The notes: generated by a model not told the origin, from the letters alone. 64,000 nucleotides of DNA from a bacterium (GCA_020049465.1 JAIFKS010000010.1:8498-72497); one strand, 5' to 3'. Numbered from the stretch's first letter, positions 25,423-36,118 are shown. A program made the numbers and translations.

Positions 25423-28400
25423 TCGGGCGCATCATCGAGTTCTCGGCGCGCAACCGCCTGCTCGTCCTGACCCTGACGGCGCTGGCCTGCGTGTACGCCG
25501 CCCAGTCGCTGCGCACGGTGCGTCTGGACGCGCTGCCGGACCTGTCCGACACGCAGGTCATCGTCTACACGCAGTGGGACCGCTCGCCCGACCTGGTCGA
25601 GGACCAGGTCACCTATCCCATCGTCAGCGGGCTTCTCGGCGCTCCCGGCGTCAAGGCGATCCGGGGCTTTTCGGACTTCGGCTACTCGTTCGTCTACGTC
25701 GTGTTCGACGACGGCACCGACCTGTACTGGGCCCGCTCGCGCGTGCTGGAGTACCTGAACGCCATCCAGACGCGCCTGCCCGAAGGCGTGAATCCCGCTC
25801 TGGGTCCGGACGCCACCGGCGTGGGCTGGATCTTCCAGTACGCCCTGACCGACCCCGACCGGCGACACGACCCGGACGAACTGCGTTCGTACCAGGACTG
25901 GACGCTCCGCTACGCGCTGCAGGCGGTCGAAGGCGTAGCCGAGGTCGCGACCGTCGGCGGCTACGCCAAGCAGTTCCAGATCACGGTCGATCCCGTGAGG
26001 CTGGCGGCGCTGCAAATCCCGCTGATGGACGTCGCGAACGCCGTCCGCGCCTCGAACAACGAGGCCGGAGGCCGCCTGCTCGAATGGAGCGGCGCCGAGT
26101 ACATGGTCCGCGCCCGCGGCTACGCCCGAACGCTGGACGACTTCGAGCAGATCGTGGTCCGGGCCGGCCCCGCCGGCGTGCCGGTGCTGCTGCGCGATGT
26201 GGCCCGCGTCGAACTGGGCCCCGAGATGAGGCGCGGCGTGACCGACCTGGACGGGCTGGGCGACGCCGTCGGCGGCATCGTCGTGATGCGCCAGGGCGAG
26301 AACGCGCTGAACGTCATCAACCGCGTCAAGCAGCGCCTGCACGAGCTGGAACCGGGCCTGCCGGAAGGGGTCAAGGTCGTCACCACCTACGACCGGGCCG
26401 ACCTGATCACCCGCGCGATCGACACGCTGACCCACGAACTGGTCCTGCAGATGATCATCGTTTCGCTGGTGATCATGATCTTCCTGTGGCATCTCCCGTC
26501 GGCCATCGTGCCCATCGTGACCATCCCGGTGTCGATCCTGCTGTCGTTCATCCCGCTGGCGATGGCCGGCGTTTCCATCAACATCATGTCGCTGGCCGGC
26601 ATCGCCATCTCGATCGGCGTCCTGGTCGACGGCGCCATCGTCGAGGTGGAGAACGCCTACAACCGCATCCACCTGTGGCAGGTTTCGGGCTCGAAGGGCA
26701 GCTTCCACGACGTACGGCTGCAGGCCCTGATGGAGGTCGGGCCCTCGGTCTTCTTCTCGCTGCTGGTGATCGCCGTGGCCTTCATCCCGGTGTTCACGCT
26801 GGTGGACCAGGAAGGCCGGTTGTTCAAGCCGCTGGCCTATTCGAAGAACCTGGTGATGGCGCTGGCCGCCGTGCTGGCGATCACCCTTGATCCGGCCATG
26901 CGCATGATGTTCGCGCGCATCACGCCCTACACGTTCAAGCCGCGCATCCTGGCCCGCCTGGCCACGTCGGCGCTGGTGGGCACGTATCACGCCGAGGAGA
27001 AGCACCCGATCAGCCGCGCCATCTTCCGCGTCTACGAGCCCGCCTGCCGCTTCGTCCTGCGGCGCCCGAGAACGGTGATCGCGGTGGCGCTGGCGCTGGT
27101 CGTGGCCACGGTGCCGGTGTATCTGCAGCTCGGTTCCGAATTCATGCCGCCTCTGAACGAAGGCTCGATCCTGTACATGCCGACGACGCTGCCGGGCATC
27201 TCGGTGGCGCAGGCGCTGGAACTGCTGCAGACGCAGGACCGCGTGCTGACCTCGTTCCCCGAGGTCGAACGCGTGTTCGGCAAGGCCGGGCGCGCCGACA
27301 GTTCGACCGACCCGGCTCCATTGTCGATGATGGAGACCACGATCATTCTCAAGCCACAGGACCAGTGGCGGCCCAAGGACCGCTGGTACACCGGCAAGGT
27401 GCCGGAATTCCTGCTGCCGCTGGTGCGTCCGCTGTGGCCGGACCGGCTTTCCTGGGACGAACTGGTGGACGAGATGGACCGCGCCCTGCGCATTCCCGGG
27501 GTGACGAACGCCTGGACGATGCCGATCAAGGCGCGCATCGACATGCTGACCACCGGCGTGCGCACGCCCGTGGGCATCAAGATCTTCGGCCCCGATCTGG
27601 CCGCTCTCGAGGAGATCGGCGCGCGGATCGAATCCCTGCTCCCGCAGGTGGAAGGAACGCGCAGCGTGTTCGCCGAACGTGCGGCAGGCGGCTATTTCGT
27701 GGACGTCACCCCGCGGCGCGGCGAGATGGCCCGCCTGGGTCTGACCGTGGCCGAGGTGCAGGACGTGGTGATGACCGCCATCGGCGGCGAGAACGTGACC
27801 ACGGTGCTGGACGGCCGCGCGCGCTACGCAGTCAACGTGCGCTACCCCCGCGAACTGCGCGAGGACCTGCACACGCTGGGCCGCGTCCTGGTCGACACCC
27901 CGGGCGGCGCGGCGGTGCCACTGGCCCAGGTGGCCGACCTCTCGATCACCGCGGGTCCGGCCATGCTGCGCGACGAGAACGGCTTCCTGGCCAGCTACGT
28001 CTACGTGGACGTGGCCGGCCGGGACATCGGCAGCTACGTGAAGGAAGCGCGCGAGGTGGTGCGCGAGGCGGTCGCGTTGCCGCCGGGCACCACCCTGCAG
28101 TGGAGCGGCCAGTACGAGAACATGCTGCGGGTGGAGCGCCGTCTGCGGCTGGTCGTCCCGGCCACGCTGGTGCTGATCTTCCTGCTTCTGCTGGCCAACA
28201 CGCGCTCGTCGTTCAAGGCGATGGTCATCCTGCTGTCGGTGCCGTTCTCGGCCATCGGCGCCGTGTGGCTGCTGTACCTGCTGGACTACAACATGTCGAT
28301 CGCGGTGTGGGTGGGGCTGATCGCGTTGCTGGGCCTGGACGCCGAGACGGCTGTGTTCATGCTGCTGTTCCTGGACCTGTCCTGCGACGCGGCGCGGCGC

Positions 28401-28661
28401 GAGGGCCGGTTGGGCACGCACGCGGAACTGGACGAGGCCATCGTCCACGGCGCCGTCAAGCGCGCCCGGCCGAAGCTGATGACCGTGACGGCCAGCTTCC
28501 TGGGGCTGCTGCCGATCATGTGGTCCACCTCGGCCGGATCCGACGTGATGAAGCACATCGCCGCGCCGATGATCGGCGGGCTGGCCACGTCATTCATCCT
28601 GGAACTGCTGGTGTATCCGGCGATCTACAAGCTGTGGCACGGCCGCAGACTGACTTCGTAG
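25419..28661 (+). CDS. Heavy-metal-efflux RND transporter (CusA/CzcA family)
   Basis: ~1080 aa, 12 TM plus two large periplasmic loops. N-terminus VIGRIIEFSARNRLLVLTL...QVIVYTQW is typical of CzcA/CusA. GTG start overlaps the adaptor stop (GTGA). Confidence 0.9.
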   Translation: MIGRIIEFSARNRLLVLTLTALACVYAAQSLRTVRLDALPDLSDTQVIVYTQWDRSPDLVEDQVTYPIVSGLLGAPGVKAIRGFSDFGYSFVYVVFDDGTDLYWARSRVLEYLNAIQTRLPEGVNPALGPDATGVGWIFQYALTDPDRRHDPDELRSYQDWTLRYALQAVEGVAEVATVGGYAKQFQITVDPVRLAALQIPLMDVANAVRASNNEAGGRLLEWSGAEYMVRARGYARTLDDFEQIVVRAGPAGVPVLLRDVARVELGPEMRRGVTDLDGLGDAVGGIVVMRQGENALNVINRVKQRLHELEPGLPEGVKVVTTYDRADLITRAIDTLTHELVLQMIIVSLVIMIFLWHLPSAIVPIVTIPVSILLSFIPLAMAGVSINIMSLAGIAISIGVLVDGAIVEVENAYNRIHLWQVSGSKGSFHDVRLQALMEVGPSVFFSLLVIAVAFIPVFTLVDQEGRLFKPLAYSKNLVMALAAVLAITLDPAMRMMFARITPYTFKPRILARLATSALVGTYHAEEKHPISRAIFRVYEPACRFVLRRPRTVIAVALALVVATVPVYLQLGSEFMPPLNEGSILYMPTTLPGISVAQALELLQTQDRVLTSFPEVERVFGKAGRADSSTDPAPLSMMETTIILKPQDQWRPKDRWYTGKVPEFLLPLVRPLWPDRLSWDELVDEMDRALRIPGVTNAWTMPIKARIDMLTTGVRTPVGIKIFGPDLAALEEIGARIESLLPQVEGTRSVFAERAAGGYFVDVTPRRGEMARLGLTVAEVQDVVMTAIGGENVTTVLDGRARYAVNVRYPRELREDLHTLGRVLVDTPGGAAVPLAQVADLSITAGPAMLRDENGFLASYVYVDVAGRDIGSYVKEAREVVREAVALPPGTTLQWSGQYENMLRVERRLRLVVPATLVLIFLLLLANTRSSFKAMVILLSVPFSAIGAVWLLYLLDYNMSIAVWVGLIALLGLDAETAVFMLLFLDLSCDAARREGRLGTHAELDEAIVHGAVKRARPKLMTVTASFLGLLPIMWSTSAGSDVMKHIAAPMIGGLATSFILELLVYPAIYKLWHGRRLTS

Positions 28662-28682
28662 CCCGGAGAGGATGCCGGCGGA

Positions 28683-29702
28683 TCAGTTGACGATGCGCAG
28701 GGGCGGCGGCGGCGCGCCGGGATCCGTGTCGTCCGGGTCGCCGTCCAGAAGGCCCAGCTGCTCGAGCACGTCTTCGAGCCAGTCCTGTGCATAGGGCGCG
28801 CGGTCCCAGGCCTCGCCCAGGATCTGCTCGCAGACGTTGGCCTCGGCCTGGCTGCCGGCGGCCACATACGGCGTGATCTCGGCGGTGATCTCGTCGCCCA
28901 GACCAAGAATGCCGGTCGCGGCGTACGGATTCAGGGCCAGAGCGCGGTCCAGAGCGGTCCGCGCCGCATCCTCGTCATCGACCAGCAGTTGCAGGAGTAC
29001 CCAGGACCAGGCCATGACGGCGGAGTCGCCCGGGTCGAACTCCTCGAGCACGTCCCAGGCGCGCTGCACCTCGCCCATCGCCAGGTAGTCTCCCACCAGA
29101 AGCTGGGCGTTGCCGGAATGATCGCGCGGATCCAGTTCCATCAGGTACTCGTACCAGGAGACCGCATCCAGCCGGAAGCCGGCGTCCCACAGTAGTTCGG
29201 CCAGCTGACGCGCCGTGCGCAGGTACGGCCGCGCCGGCACCAGCGCCCAGTAGTCGCCGTCCGCGCGGGTGAAGAAGTCCTCGCCCAGCGCCTGCTCGGC
29301 GTCGTTCAGGATCTCTTCCAGCTTCAGGATCAGGTCGGGTCCCTCGCCGCAGGTCACGTAGGCCTTGATGGCGCGGGCGTCGGCGCAGGCCGGGTCCAGT
29401 TTGAGGGCACGGCGCGCCGCGGCCAGGGCGCGGGCAGCCGGCAGTTCGTAGGCCTCGAAGGCCAGATCCTGCGCGCGTTCGACCGGATCGGCGGCCACGG
29501 TGACCTTGCGCGCGGCCGTCAGCACGGCCTCGCCTCCGGCGTCCAGCCAGTCGACGAATTCGGCGTCGTCGGCAAAGCGCGGCCCTTCCGGGTCGCGGTG
29601 CGCCTGACGCAACAGGCACTCGACACGGAAGGCCGACGGATACGGCTGGTCGCCGTCCCGCCGTCGCGCGGGAACGGCCGGGTTCTTGGGCTTCTTCGTC
29701 AT
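28683..29702 (-). CDS. Hypothetical acidic, helical repeat (TPR-like) protein
   Basis: 339-aa ORF with protein-like composition, no recognisable catalytic motif. Convergent with the RND gene. Confidence 0.5.
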   Translation of the reverse strand: MTKKPKNPAVPARRRDGDQPYPSAFRVECLLRQAHRDPEGPRFADDAEFVDWLDAGGEAVLTAARKVTVAADPVERAQDLAFEAYELPAARALAAARRALKLDPACADARAIKAYVTCGEGPDLILKLEEILNDAEQALGEDFFTRADGDYWALVPARPYLRTARQLAELLWDAGFRLDAVSWYEYLMELDPRDHSGNAQLLVGDYLAMGEVQRAWDVLEEFDPGDSAVMAWSWVLLQLLVDDEDAARTALDRALALNPYAATGILGLGDEITAEITPYVAAGSQAEANVCEQILGEAWDRAPYAQDWLEDVLEQLGLLDGDPDDTDPGAPPPPLRIVN

Positions 29703-29808
29703 GGGCCCATGCTACCCGACTCCGGCGGCGGCGTCAAAGACAGGTTGGTGGGTTCCTGCGACTCTGCTAAGCTGGGCCCGCCGCCAGACCCAACCGCGGC
29801 GGAGTTCC

Positions 29809-30744
29809 ATGGCGGATGCCCCGGTGATCGGACTGGCGCTCGGCAGCGGCGGCGCCCGCGGCCTGGCCCATGTCGGCGTCCTCGACGCGCTGGCCGAGGC
29901 CGGCGTGCGACCCGACCTCATCGTCGGCACCAGCATGGGCTCGATCGTCGGCGGACTCTTCGCGCAGAATCCCGACCCCGCCCTGGTCTGGGACCGCCTG
30001 GAGAGCTACGTCGGCAACGAGGATTTCGCCTCCTACTGGGCGCCTTTCGTGCCGCGCAATGAACTCGAGGCCCGCGACCCACAGCACCGTCTGGCCGGCC
30101 TCCACGACTTCATGCAGCGTAAGCTGATCGCCGTCAAGACCGTCACCCGGCCCTGGATCCAGGACGAGAGCCACCTGCGTGACCCGCTGGACCACCTGTT
30201 CGGGGCCGTGACCTTCGCCGATCTGGAGATCCCGTTCGCCGCCGTCGCGCTCGATCTGATCTCGGGCAACAGCGTCGTCTTCCACGAAGGGCCCCTGGTC
30301 GACGGGATCTATGCCAGCAGCGCGATTCCCGCCGTGTTCCCGCCCCTCGAACGCGACGGCATGGTTATCTGCGACGGCGGCGGCCCCTTCCGCGTGCCGG
30401 TCGAGGCCTGTCGGGACCTGGGCGCCACGTTCGTGATCGCCGTGGACATCCCCGCCTTCGAAGACACGAATTTCTCGACGGGGCTGGACATCGTCCTGCG
30501 CAGCAACACCATCGCCCGGCAGAGGCTGAACCGCTTCGTGTGCGCGATGGCCGACTTCGTGATCCGCCCTGACGTCAACCAGTTCCACTGGGCCGACTTC
30601 CAGTCGGGCGAAGCCTGTCGCGCCCGGGGCTATCTGGCCACGCGCGCAGCGCTGCCGGACCTGCTGGCCGAATTGAAGCGGCGCGGCAGCGCCGGTCTCG
30701 GCGACCGCGCCCGCCGCGCCGTGCGCGACCTGCTGCGTCTGTAA
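29809..30744 (+). CDS. Patatin-like phospholipase
   Basis: MADAPVIGLALGSGGARGLAHVGVLDAL (GxGxxG) and GTSMGSIVGG (GxSxG nucleophile elbow), plus a DGG motif later. Start placed at ATG 29809 rather than the track's 29686. Confidence 0.8.
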   Translation: MADAPVIGLALGSGGARGLAHVGVLDALAEAGVRPDLIVGTSMGSIVGGLFAQNPDPALVWDRLESYVGNEDFASYWAPFVPRNELEARDPQHRLAGLHDFMQRKLIAVKTVTRPWIQDESHLRDPLDHLFGAVTFADLEIPFAAVALDLISGNSVVFHEGPLVDGIYASSAIPAVFPPLERDGMVICDGGGPFRVPVEACRDLGATFVIAVDIPAFEDTNFSTGLDIVLRSNTIARQRLNRFVCAMADFVIRPDVNQFHWADFQSGEACRARGYLATRAALPDLLAELKRRGSAGLGDRARRAVRDLLRL

Positions 30745-30757
30745 TCCGACCCCGGGC

Positions 30758-31666
30758 TCAACCGCGTTTGACCACGATCAGGCTGATGTCGTCGGCCGCC
30801 TGGGCGAACTGCTGCATGTCGGCCGCCACCGCGTCGCAGATGCCGCTCGCCGTCAGATCCCGGGACCGGCGCAGGACATCCTCCAGATGATTCGGGAAAT
30901 ACGCCTCGTCGCCGCGCTGGTGGTCCATCAGGCCGTCGGTGTACAGCAGCAGGATGTCGCCGGGGCTCAACAGGGTCAGCCGGTTGGTGGTGAAGGGCTT
31001 CTTCGTGATCGAGGCCTCCACGCGGCTGTGGTCCAGGTTCTGCTCCGAAGGAAACAGCCCGATCGGATAGAAGCTGGTCTGCCGGTCGGCGTTGATGTCG
31101 GCCAACCGCCCGAATTCGCGCGAGAACACGACCGGTGGCGGGTTCCCGGCGTTCAGGAATGTGAAGTCACCGTTCTGCGAGATCTCGCCGTAGATCACCG
31201 AAATGAACTTCGTGAAATTCGCCGTCTGGTAGAAGCGGGTGTTCAGCTTCTCGAACAGGCCGGTGGTCACCTCGCCGTGCATTTCCAGTTCGTAGGCCAC
31301 GCCGGTCAGGAAGGCGTGGTGCAGACCGATGTGCACGGTGGCGTCGGTGATCTGGTGGCCGGCCACGTCGGCCAGCAGCAGTCCCGCGCGGGTGCGGCCC
31401 TTGGCCAGGTTCTCCCGCACGCGCGGGTCCGTGGCCTTCTCCAGGCGGCGGTCCAGGTCGAAGCGCGCGTTGAAATCGACGTAGACGATATGGTCGCCGC
31501 CGACGACGCCGTTGAGCGGCACCATCCGGCCGTGGATGTCCAGACCGGGCAGGCGGGGAATCTCGCCGGGCGGCGGCAGCACGCTGCTGGCGATCTGCTG
31601 GAAGTTCTCGAGCTCCTTCGCGAGATCCGCGTCCGGCCGGTCGATCGGCAGGTGGTGGTCGGTCAT
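30758..31666 (-). CDS. Stand-alone PP2C-family (SpoIIE/RsbU-type) Ser phosphatase, ~302 aa
   Basis: LLLADVAGHQITDATV...FISVIYGEISQNGDFTFLNAGNPPPVVFS...ILLLYTDGLMDHQ...DDISLIVVKRG. Only the C-terminal 302 codons of the track's 973-aa ORF are real (ATG 31666); the rest is antisense of the AGCS gene. Confidence 0.7.
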   Translation of the reverse strand: MTDHHLPIDRPDADLAKELENFQQIASSVLPPPGEIPRLPGLDIHGRMVPLNGVVGGDHIVYVDFNARFDLDRRLEKATDPRVRENLAKGRTRAGLLLADVAGHQITDATVHIGLHHAFLTGVAYELEMHGEVTTGLFEKLNTRFYQTANFTKFISVIYGEISQNGDFTFLNAGNPPPVVFSREFGRLADINADRQTSFYPIGLFPSEQNLDHSRVEASITKKPFTTNRLTLLSPGDILLLYTDGLMDHQRGDEAYFPNHLEDVLRRSRDLTASGICDAVAADMQQFAQAADDISLIVVKRG

Positions 31667-31900
31667 GCGCTCAACTCCGGATGAAGACGGGCCCGCGCGG
31701 CGATCCTTCGCCGCGAGCACGGATACGGCTGCCCACGATAGGGCGACCGGCGGCGGCGGGCAAGCGCCGCCGCCCGGCCGGCGAACACCCAACCTCGCCC
31801 TTGCCCTGTCCCCCGCCGCCGGGCATGATGCGCACTCACCCCGACCGGGTCCCTCCGGCGCACCCCCGCGCCCCGGACCCGCCGCCTGAAGGGAGCGCCC

Positions 31901-33634
31901 GTGCACGTCCTCGAGTCCGTCGTCGGCAAGCTGAATTCGCTCATCTGGGGCTTCGGCATCCCCGCCGGCGATCAGGTCATTCCCCTGGTGGTGGTGCTCC
32001 TGCTGGGCACCGGCGTGTTCCTCACCCTGCGGCTGGGCTTCGTGCAGGTCAGGCGCCTGGGCCACGGTTTCGCCGTCACATCCGGCCGGTACGACGACCC
32101 GAACGAACCGGGCGACGTTCCCCACTTCCAGGCCCTGACCACCGCGCTGTCGGCCACCGTCGGCATCGGCAACATCGCCGGCGTGGCCATCGCCATCCAC
32201 TGGGGCGGCCCCGGGGCCCTGTTCTGGATGTGGGTCACCGCACTGCTGGGCATGGCCGTGAAGTACACCGAAGTGACGCTCGCGCAACGGTACCGCGACG
32301 TCGACCCGGACGGCTCGAAGAAGCAGGGCAAGGTCTCCGGCGGCCCCATGTACTACATCGAGCGCGGGCTGGGACCGCGCTGGCGCTGGATGGCGATCCT
32401 GTTCGCCGGCATGCTCGGCTTCACGGCCTTCCTGACCGGCAACGCCGTGCAGGCCAACACCGTGGCCGACACCCTGCGCACGACCTTCGCGCTGCCGGCC
32501 TGGGTGACGGGTCTGGTCACCTCGGCGCTGGTCGGCGCCGTGATCCTGGGCGGCATCTCGCGCATCGGCAGGGTGACGGCGATCCTGGCTCCGGTCATGG
32601 CGGGCATCTACGGAATCGGCGCGCTGTGGATCATCGTGGCGAACATCGGCCAGCTGGTGCCGTCGCTGGGCCTGATTTTGCGGGAAGCGATGAACCCGAC
32701 GGCGGGCGTGGCCGGCACCGGCATCGGCGCGATCCTGATGACCATGATGTGGGGCGTCAAGCGGGGCCTGTTCTCCAACGAGGCCGGCCAGGGTTCGGCG
32801 CCCATCGCGCACGCCGCGGCCAAGACCGACGAGCCCGTGTCCGAAGGCGTCGTGGCCCTGCTCGAGCCCTTCATCGACACCCTGGTCATCTGCACGATGA
32901 CCGGTCTGGTCGTGATCATGACCGGCGTCTGGAAAGAGCGCCTGCCGACCGAACTCATGATGAAGGGCGGCGACAGTTCGTACGTGGTGATGGACGAGCG
33001 CGGCCATCGGCACGACGCGTCGGCGCCGGCCGAGATCCGCATCGCCGACGGCCGTGCGCTGGCCGCCGGACCCGACGCGCCGCGCTACGCCTGGCACGAA
33101 GTGGCCATCGACGAATTCTTCACCGACGCGGCGCTGACGCAGCGTTTCAGCGGCGTGCTGCGGCCGACGGAGGGGCAGGCGGTGGCGGCGGACGGCACCA
33201 GCTACACATCCCTGCACGGCCTGGCCGTCGAGAACGGCGCGCCGTTGACGATGAACGCCTTCAGCCACGGGCTGCCCGGGCAGTGGGGCCGGTACGTGGT
33301 GGTGGTCAGCGTGCTTCTCTTCGCCATCTCGACCGCGATCTCGTGGTGCTACTACGGCGACCGCTGCGCCAACTACCTGTTCGGTCCGCGGGCCATCCAG
33401 CCCTACCGCATGGTTTACGTGCTGATGCACTTCTTCGGCTCGGTGGTTTCGCTCAGCGTGGTCTGGGAGATGGGCGATATCGCCCTCGGCCTGGTGATCG
33501 TGCCCAACCTGATCGCGCTGGTGCTGCTCTCGGGCCAGGTCAAGGAGATGACCGACAGCTATTTCCGTCGCAAGCCGTGGCTGGAGAACGCCGTCGTGCA
33601 CAAGAAACTGAAATCCGCGGATCACGGGAAGTAG
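31901..33634 (+). CDS. Sodium:alanine (AGCS family) symporter
   Basis: N-terminus LNSLIWGFGIPAGDQVIPLVVVLLLGTGVFLTLRLGFVQVRRLGHGF...FQALTTALSATVGIGNIAGVAIAI is the AGCS signature; ~11 TM. Confidence 0.85.
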   Translation: MHVLESVVGKLNSLIWGFGIPAGDQVIPLVVVLLLGTGVFLTLRLGFVQVRRLGHGFAVTSGRYDDPNEPGDVPHFQALTTALSATVGIGNIAGVAIAIHWGGPGALFWMWVTALLGMAVKYTEVTLAQRYRDVDPDGSKKQGKVSGGPMYYIERGLGPRWRWMAILFAGMLGFTAFLTGNAVQANTVADTLRTTFALPAWVTGLVTSALVGAVILGGISRIGRVTAILAPVMAGIYGIGALWIIVANIGQLVPSLGLILREAMNPTAGVAGTGIGAILMTMMWGVKRGLFSNEAGQGSAPIAHAAAKTDEPVSEGVVALLEPFIDTLVICTMTGLVVIMTGVWKERLPTELMMKGGDSSYVVMDERGHRHDASAPAEIRIADGRALAAGPDAPRYAWHEVAIDEFFTDAALTQRFSGVLRPTEGQAVAADGTSYTSLHGLAVENGAPLTMNAFSHGLPGQWGRYVVVVSVLLFAISTAISWCYYGDRCANYLFGPRAIQPYRMVYVLMHFFGSVVSLSVVWEMGDIALGLVIVPNLIALVLLSGQVKEMTDSYFRRKPWLENAVVHKKLKSADHGK

Positions 33635-33640
33635 GGCCCT

Positions 33641-34672
33641 GTGCGCGTCCTGCTCTGCCGATCCGGCTGCGAGGAGCATCTCGTCCGCGAGGCGGTCGAC
33701 GCCGGCTGGTCGGCCGCCGTCCGCGGCCCGGGCGCCGTCGCGCTGACCGGTCCGCCGCCGGTGGGCGGGACCACCTCGTCGGCGCGTCCGCCGGGTGGCT
33801 GGGCTTTCGCCGACACCGAACTGACGGAGCCGTTCGAAGCGGCCGGCGATTCGGTGAACGCGCTGGCCGCCGCCATCAACGACTGGTTCGGCCAGAGCAT
33901 CCGCGGCGACACGATCGATCAGCCCTGGCCCTGCGTGTTCACGGCCGCCGGCGATGCCGCCGGCCTGGCGCGCCGTGCGACCGCCGTGGAGAAGGCGTTC
34001 GGCGAGCTGCTGCGCCGACGCCTCGGTCGCGTGGCCCGACTGTCCACCCCGGCGCGGCCGGCCGGCCGCGGCGCGTTCAAGGGTCTCTTCGTGGTGTTCA
34101 CCGCGTTCGACCGCGCCCTCGTCACGCGCACCGTCTGGCTGGGCGGCCAGCGCCGCATGGCCGACGACGACCAGGCCCCCTCACGCTCGTATCTGAAGGT
34201 GGAAGAGGCCTACGGACTGCTGGGCCGCGCGCCCCAGCCCGGCGAGACGGTCTGCGACCTGGGCGCCGCCCCCGGGGGCTGGAGCTACAGCGCCGCAAGC
34301 CGCGGCGCGCGGGTCACCGCCGTCGACAACGGGCCGCTCAAGGGCGGCGCACTGGACCATCCGCTGATCGACCACCGGCGCCTGGACGCCTTCACCTTCC
34401 GCCCGACGTCCGGGCAGCGATTCGACTGGCTGTTCTGCGATCTGGTGGAAGAGCCCCACCACGTGATGCGGGGTCTGATCGAGCCGTGGCTGGCCGAACG
34501 CTGGTGCCGGCAGTTCGTGATCGTGCTGAAGTTCGGCCGCACCGATCCGCCGGGGCTGTTGCGCGAACTGCGCGAACCCGGCTCGGCGCTGGCCCGCTAC
34601 GCGCCGGGCGCGGTCGTCGCGCACCTGCACCACAACCGGGACGAGTTCGCGGTCACCGGCGTCCTGCCCTGA
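33641..34672 (+). CDS. rlmM: 23S rRNA (cytidine2498-2'-O)-methyltransferase
   Basis: N-terminus MRVLLCRSGCEEHLVREA (THUMP-like). SRSYLKVEEA...DLGAAPGGWSYSA...VDNGPL...FTFRP...WLFCDLVEEP...WLAERWCRQFVIVLKF matches the RlmM/FtsJ-like fold motifs. Confidence 0.8.
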   Translation: MRVLLCRSGCEEHLVREAVDAGWSAAVRGPGAVALTGPPPVGGTTSSARPPGGWAFADTELTEPFEAAGDSVNALAAAINDWFGQSIRGDTIDQPWPCVFTAAGDAAGLARRATAVEKAFGELLRRRLGRVARLSTPARPAGRGAFKGLFVVFTAFDRALVTRTVWLGGQRRMADDDQAPSRSYLKVEEAYGLLGRAPQPGETVCDLGAAPGGWSYSAASRGARVTAVDNGPLKGGALDHPLIDHRRLDAFTFRPTSGQRFDWLFCDLVEEPHHVMRGLIEPWLAERWCRQFVIVLKFGRTDPPGLLRELREPGSALARYAPGAVVAHLHHNRDEFAVTGVLP

Positions 34673-34677
34673 TTCCG

Positions 34678-36113
34678 CTACCCGTGCAACGGCCGGTCGA
34701 ACGCCGCCAGCGCCGCTTCCCTGACCACCTCCGACAACGTCGGATGCGCATGGCACACGCGGCCGATGTCCTCGGCGCTGGCGCCGAAGGCCATCGCGGC
34801 CGCGGCCTCGGCGATGAGATCGCCGGCGCGCGGACCGATGATGTGCACGCCCAGGACCCGGTCGGTCGCGCTGTGGGCCAGCACCTTGACCCGGCCCTCG
34901 GCGCGGGCCAGGGCCATCGCGCGGCCGTTGCTGCGGAAACCGAAAACGCCTTTGCGGAAAGGCACGCCGGCCTCCTTGAGCTGCTCCTCGGTGCGACCGA
35001 CGCCGGCGATCTCGGGATCGGTGTAGCACACGGCCGGGATCACCTCCGGATCGAAGTGTCCGGCCCCGCCGGCCAGGCGCTCCGCCACGGCCACGCCCTC
35101 GTCGGTGGCCTTGTGCGCCAGCAGCAGACCGCCGACCACGTCCCCCACCGCCCACACGCCGGGCGCCGCCTGGTGATGCGCGTCGACGCCGATGAACCCG
35201 CGGGCGTCCAGCGCCACGCCGGCCGATTCCAGGTTCAGACCCTCGGTGTGCGGGCGCCGGCCAACGGCCACCAGCACGCGGTCGGCCGTCAGCGGCTCGC
35301 GGCCCTCGATCTCGACGACGGCTGATTCACCGTCCACACGCGCGCCGGTCACGCGGGCGCCGAGCACGAACTCCAGCCCCTGCTTCCGGAATATCTGCAG
35401 CGCCACGCGCGCGATCTCGCCGTCGGTTCCGGGCAGGATGCGGTCCAGGTATTCGACCACCGTCACCCGCGAGCCGAGCCGCGCCCAGACCGAACCCAGT
35501 TCGAGGCCGATGTAGCCGGCGCCGATGACGATCAGGCGCTCCGGCACCGCGGGCCAGGCCAGGGCCGCCGTGGAATCGCCGATGCGGTCAGGCGCTCCGG
35601 CACCGCGGGCCAGGCCAGGGCCGCCGTGGAATCGCCGATGCGGGCGCCGTCCAGGTCCACGTTCGGAAGCGAAGCGGCCGAACTGCCCGTGGCGACGATG
35701 ATCCTGTCCGCCAGCAGTTCCAGGTCGCCGACGAGCACGCGACCCGGCCCGTCCAGGCGGGCGGCGCCCTCGTAGCGCGTCACCTTGTTGGCCTTGAACA
35801 GGCCCGCGATGCCGTCGGTCAGCGCGGCGACGATGCCGTCCTTGCGGGCCATCATCGCCGGCAGATCCAGCTCGGCGCCCGTCACCTTCACGCCGTGTTC
35901 CGCGAGGCCGTGACGGGCCTCGGCGTACTTTTCGCTCGACTCGAGCAGGGCCTTGCTCGGGATGCAGCCCACCCGCAGGCAGGTGCCGCCCAGACGCGGA
36001 TCTTTTTCCACGCAGGCGGTGTTCAATCCGAGTTGCGCCGCGCGGATCGCCGCCGCATAGCCGCCGGGACCGGCGCCGATGACCACCAGATCGTGCTTCT
36101 TCACTGCGCTCAT
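34678..36113 (-). pseudogene. lpdA: Dihydrolipoyl dehydrogenase (E3) with reading frame interrupted by a 56-bp perfect tandem duplication; split into track ORFs 35532..36158 and 34678..35547
   Basis: N-terminal part MSAVKKHDLVVIGAGPGGYAAAIRAAQLGL...GGTCLRVGCIPSK (FAD/disulfide site). C-terminal part ...RLIVIGAGYIGLELG...VWAVGDVVGG...HAHPTLSE. Removing one 56-bp copy restores PAVPERLIVIGAGYIG and a ~474-aa protein. Confidence 0.8.
35532..35643. repeat. Perfect 2 x 56-bp tandem duplication (tcaggcgctccggcaccgcgggccaggccagggccgccgtggaatcgccgatgcgg) inside lpdA
   Basis: Copies at 35532-35587 and 35588-35643 are identical base for base; length not divisible by 3. Confidence 0.9.
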
Positions 36114-36118
36114 CGTCG

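Noticed and set aside
31681-35325. 1214-aa + ORF and 973-aa - ORF (30758..33679) spanning the AGCS and rlmM region
   Set aside because: High-GC frame artefacts. Only the C-terminal 302 codons of the - ORF form a PP2C phosphatase; the real + strand genes are the AGCS symporter and rlmM in other frames.
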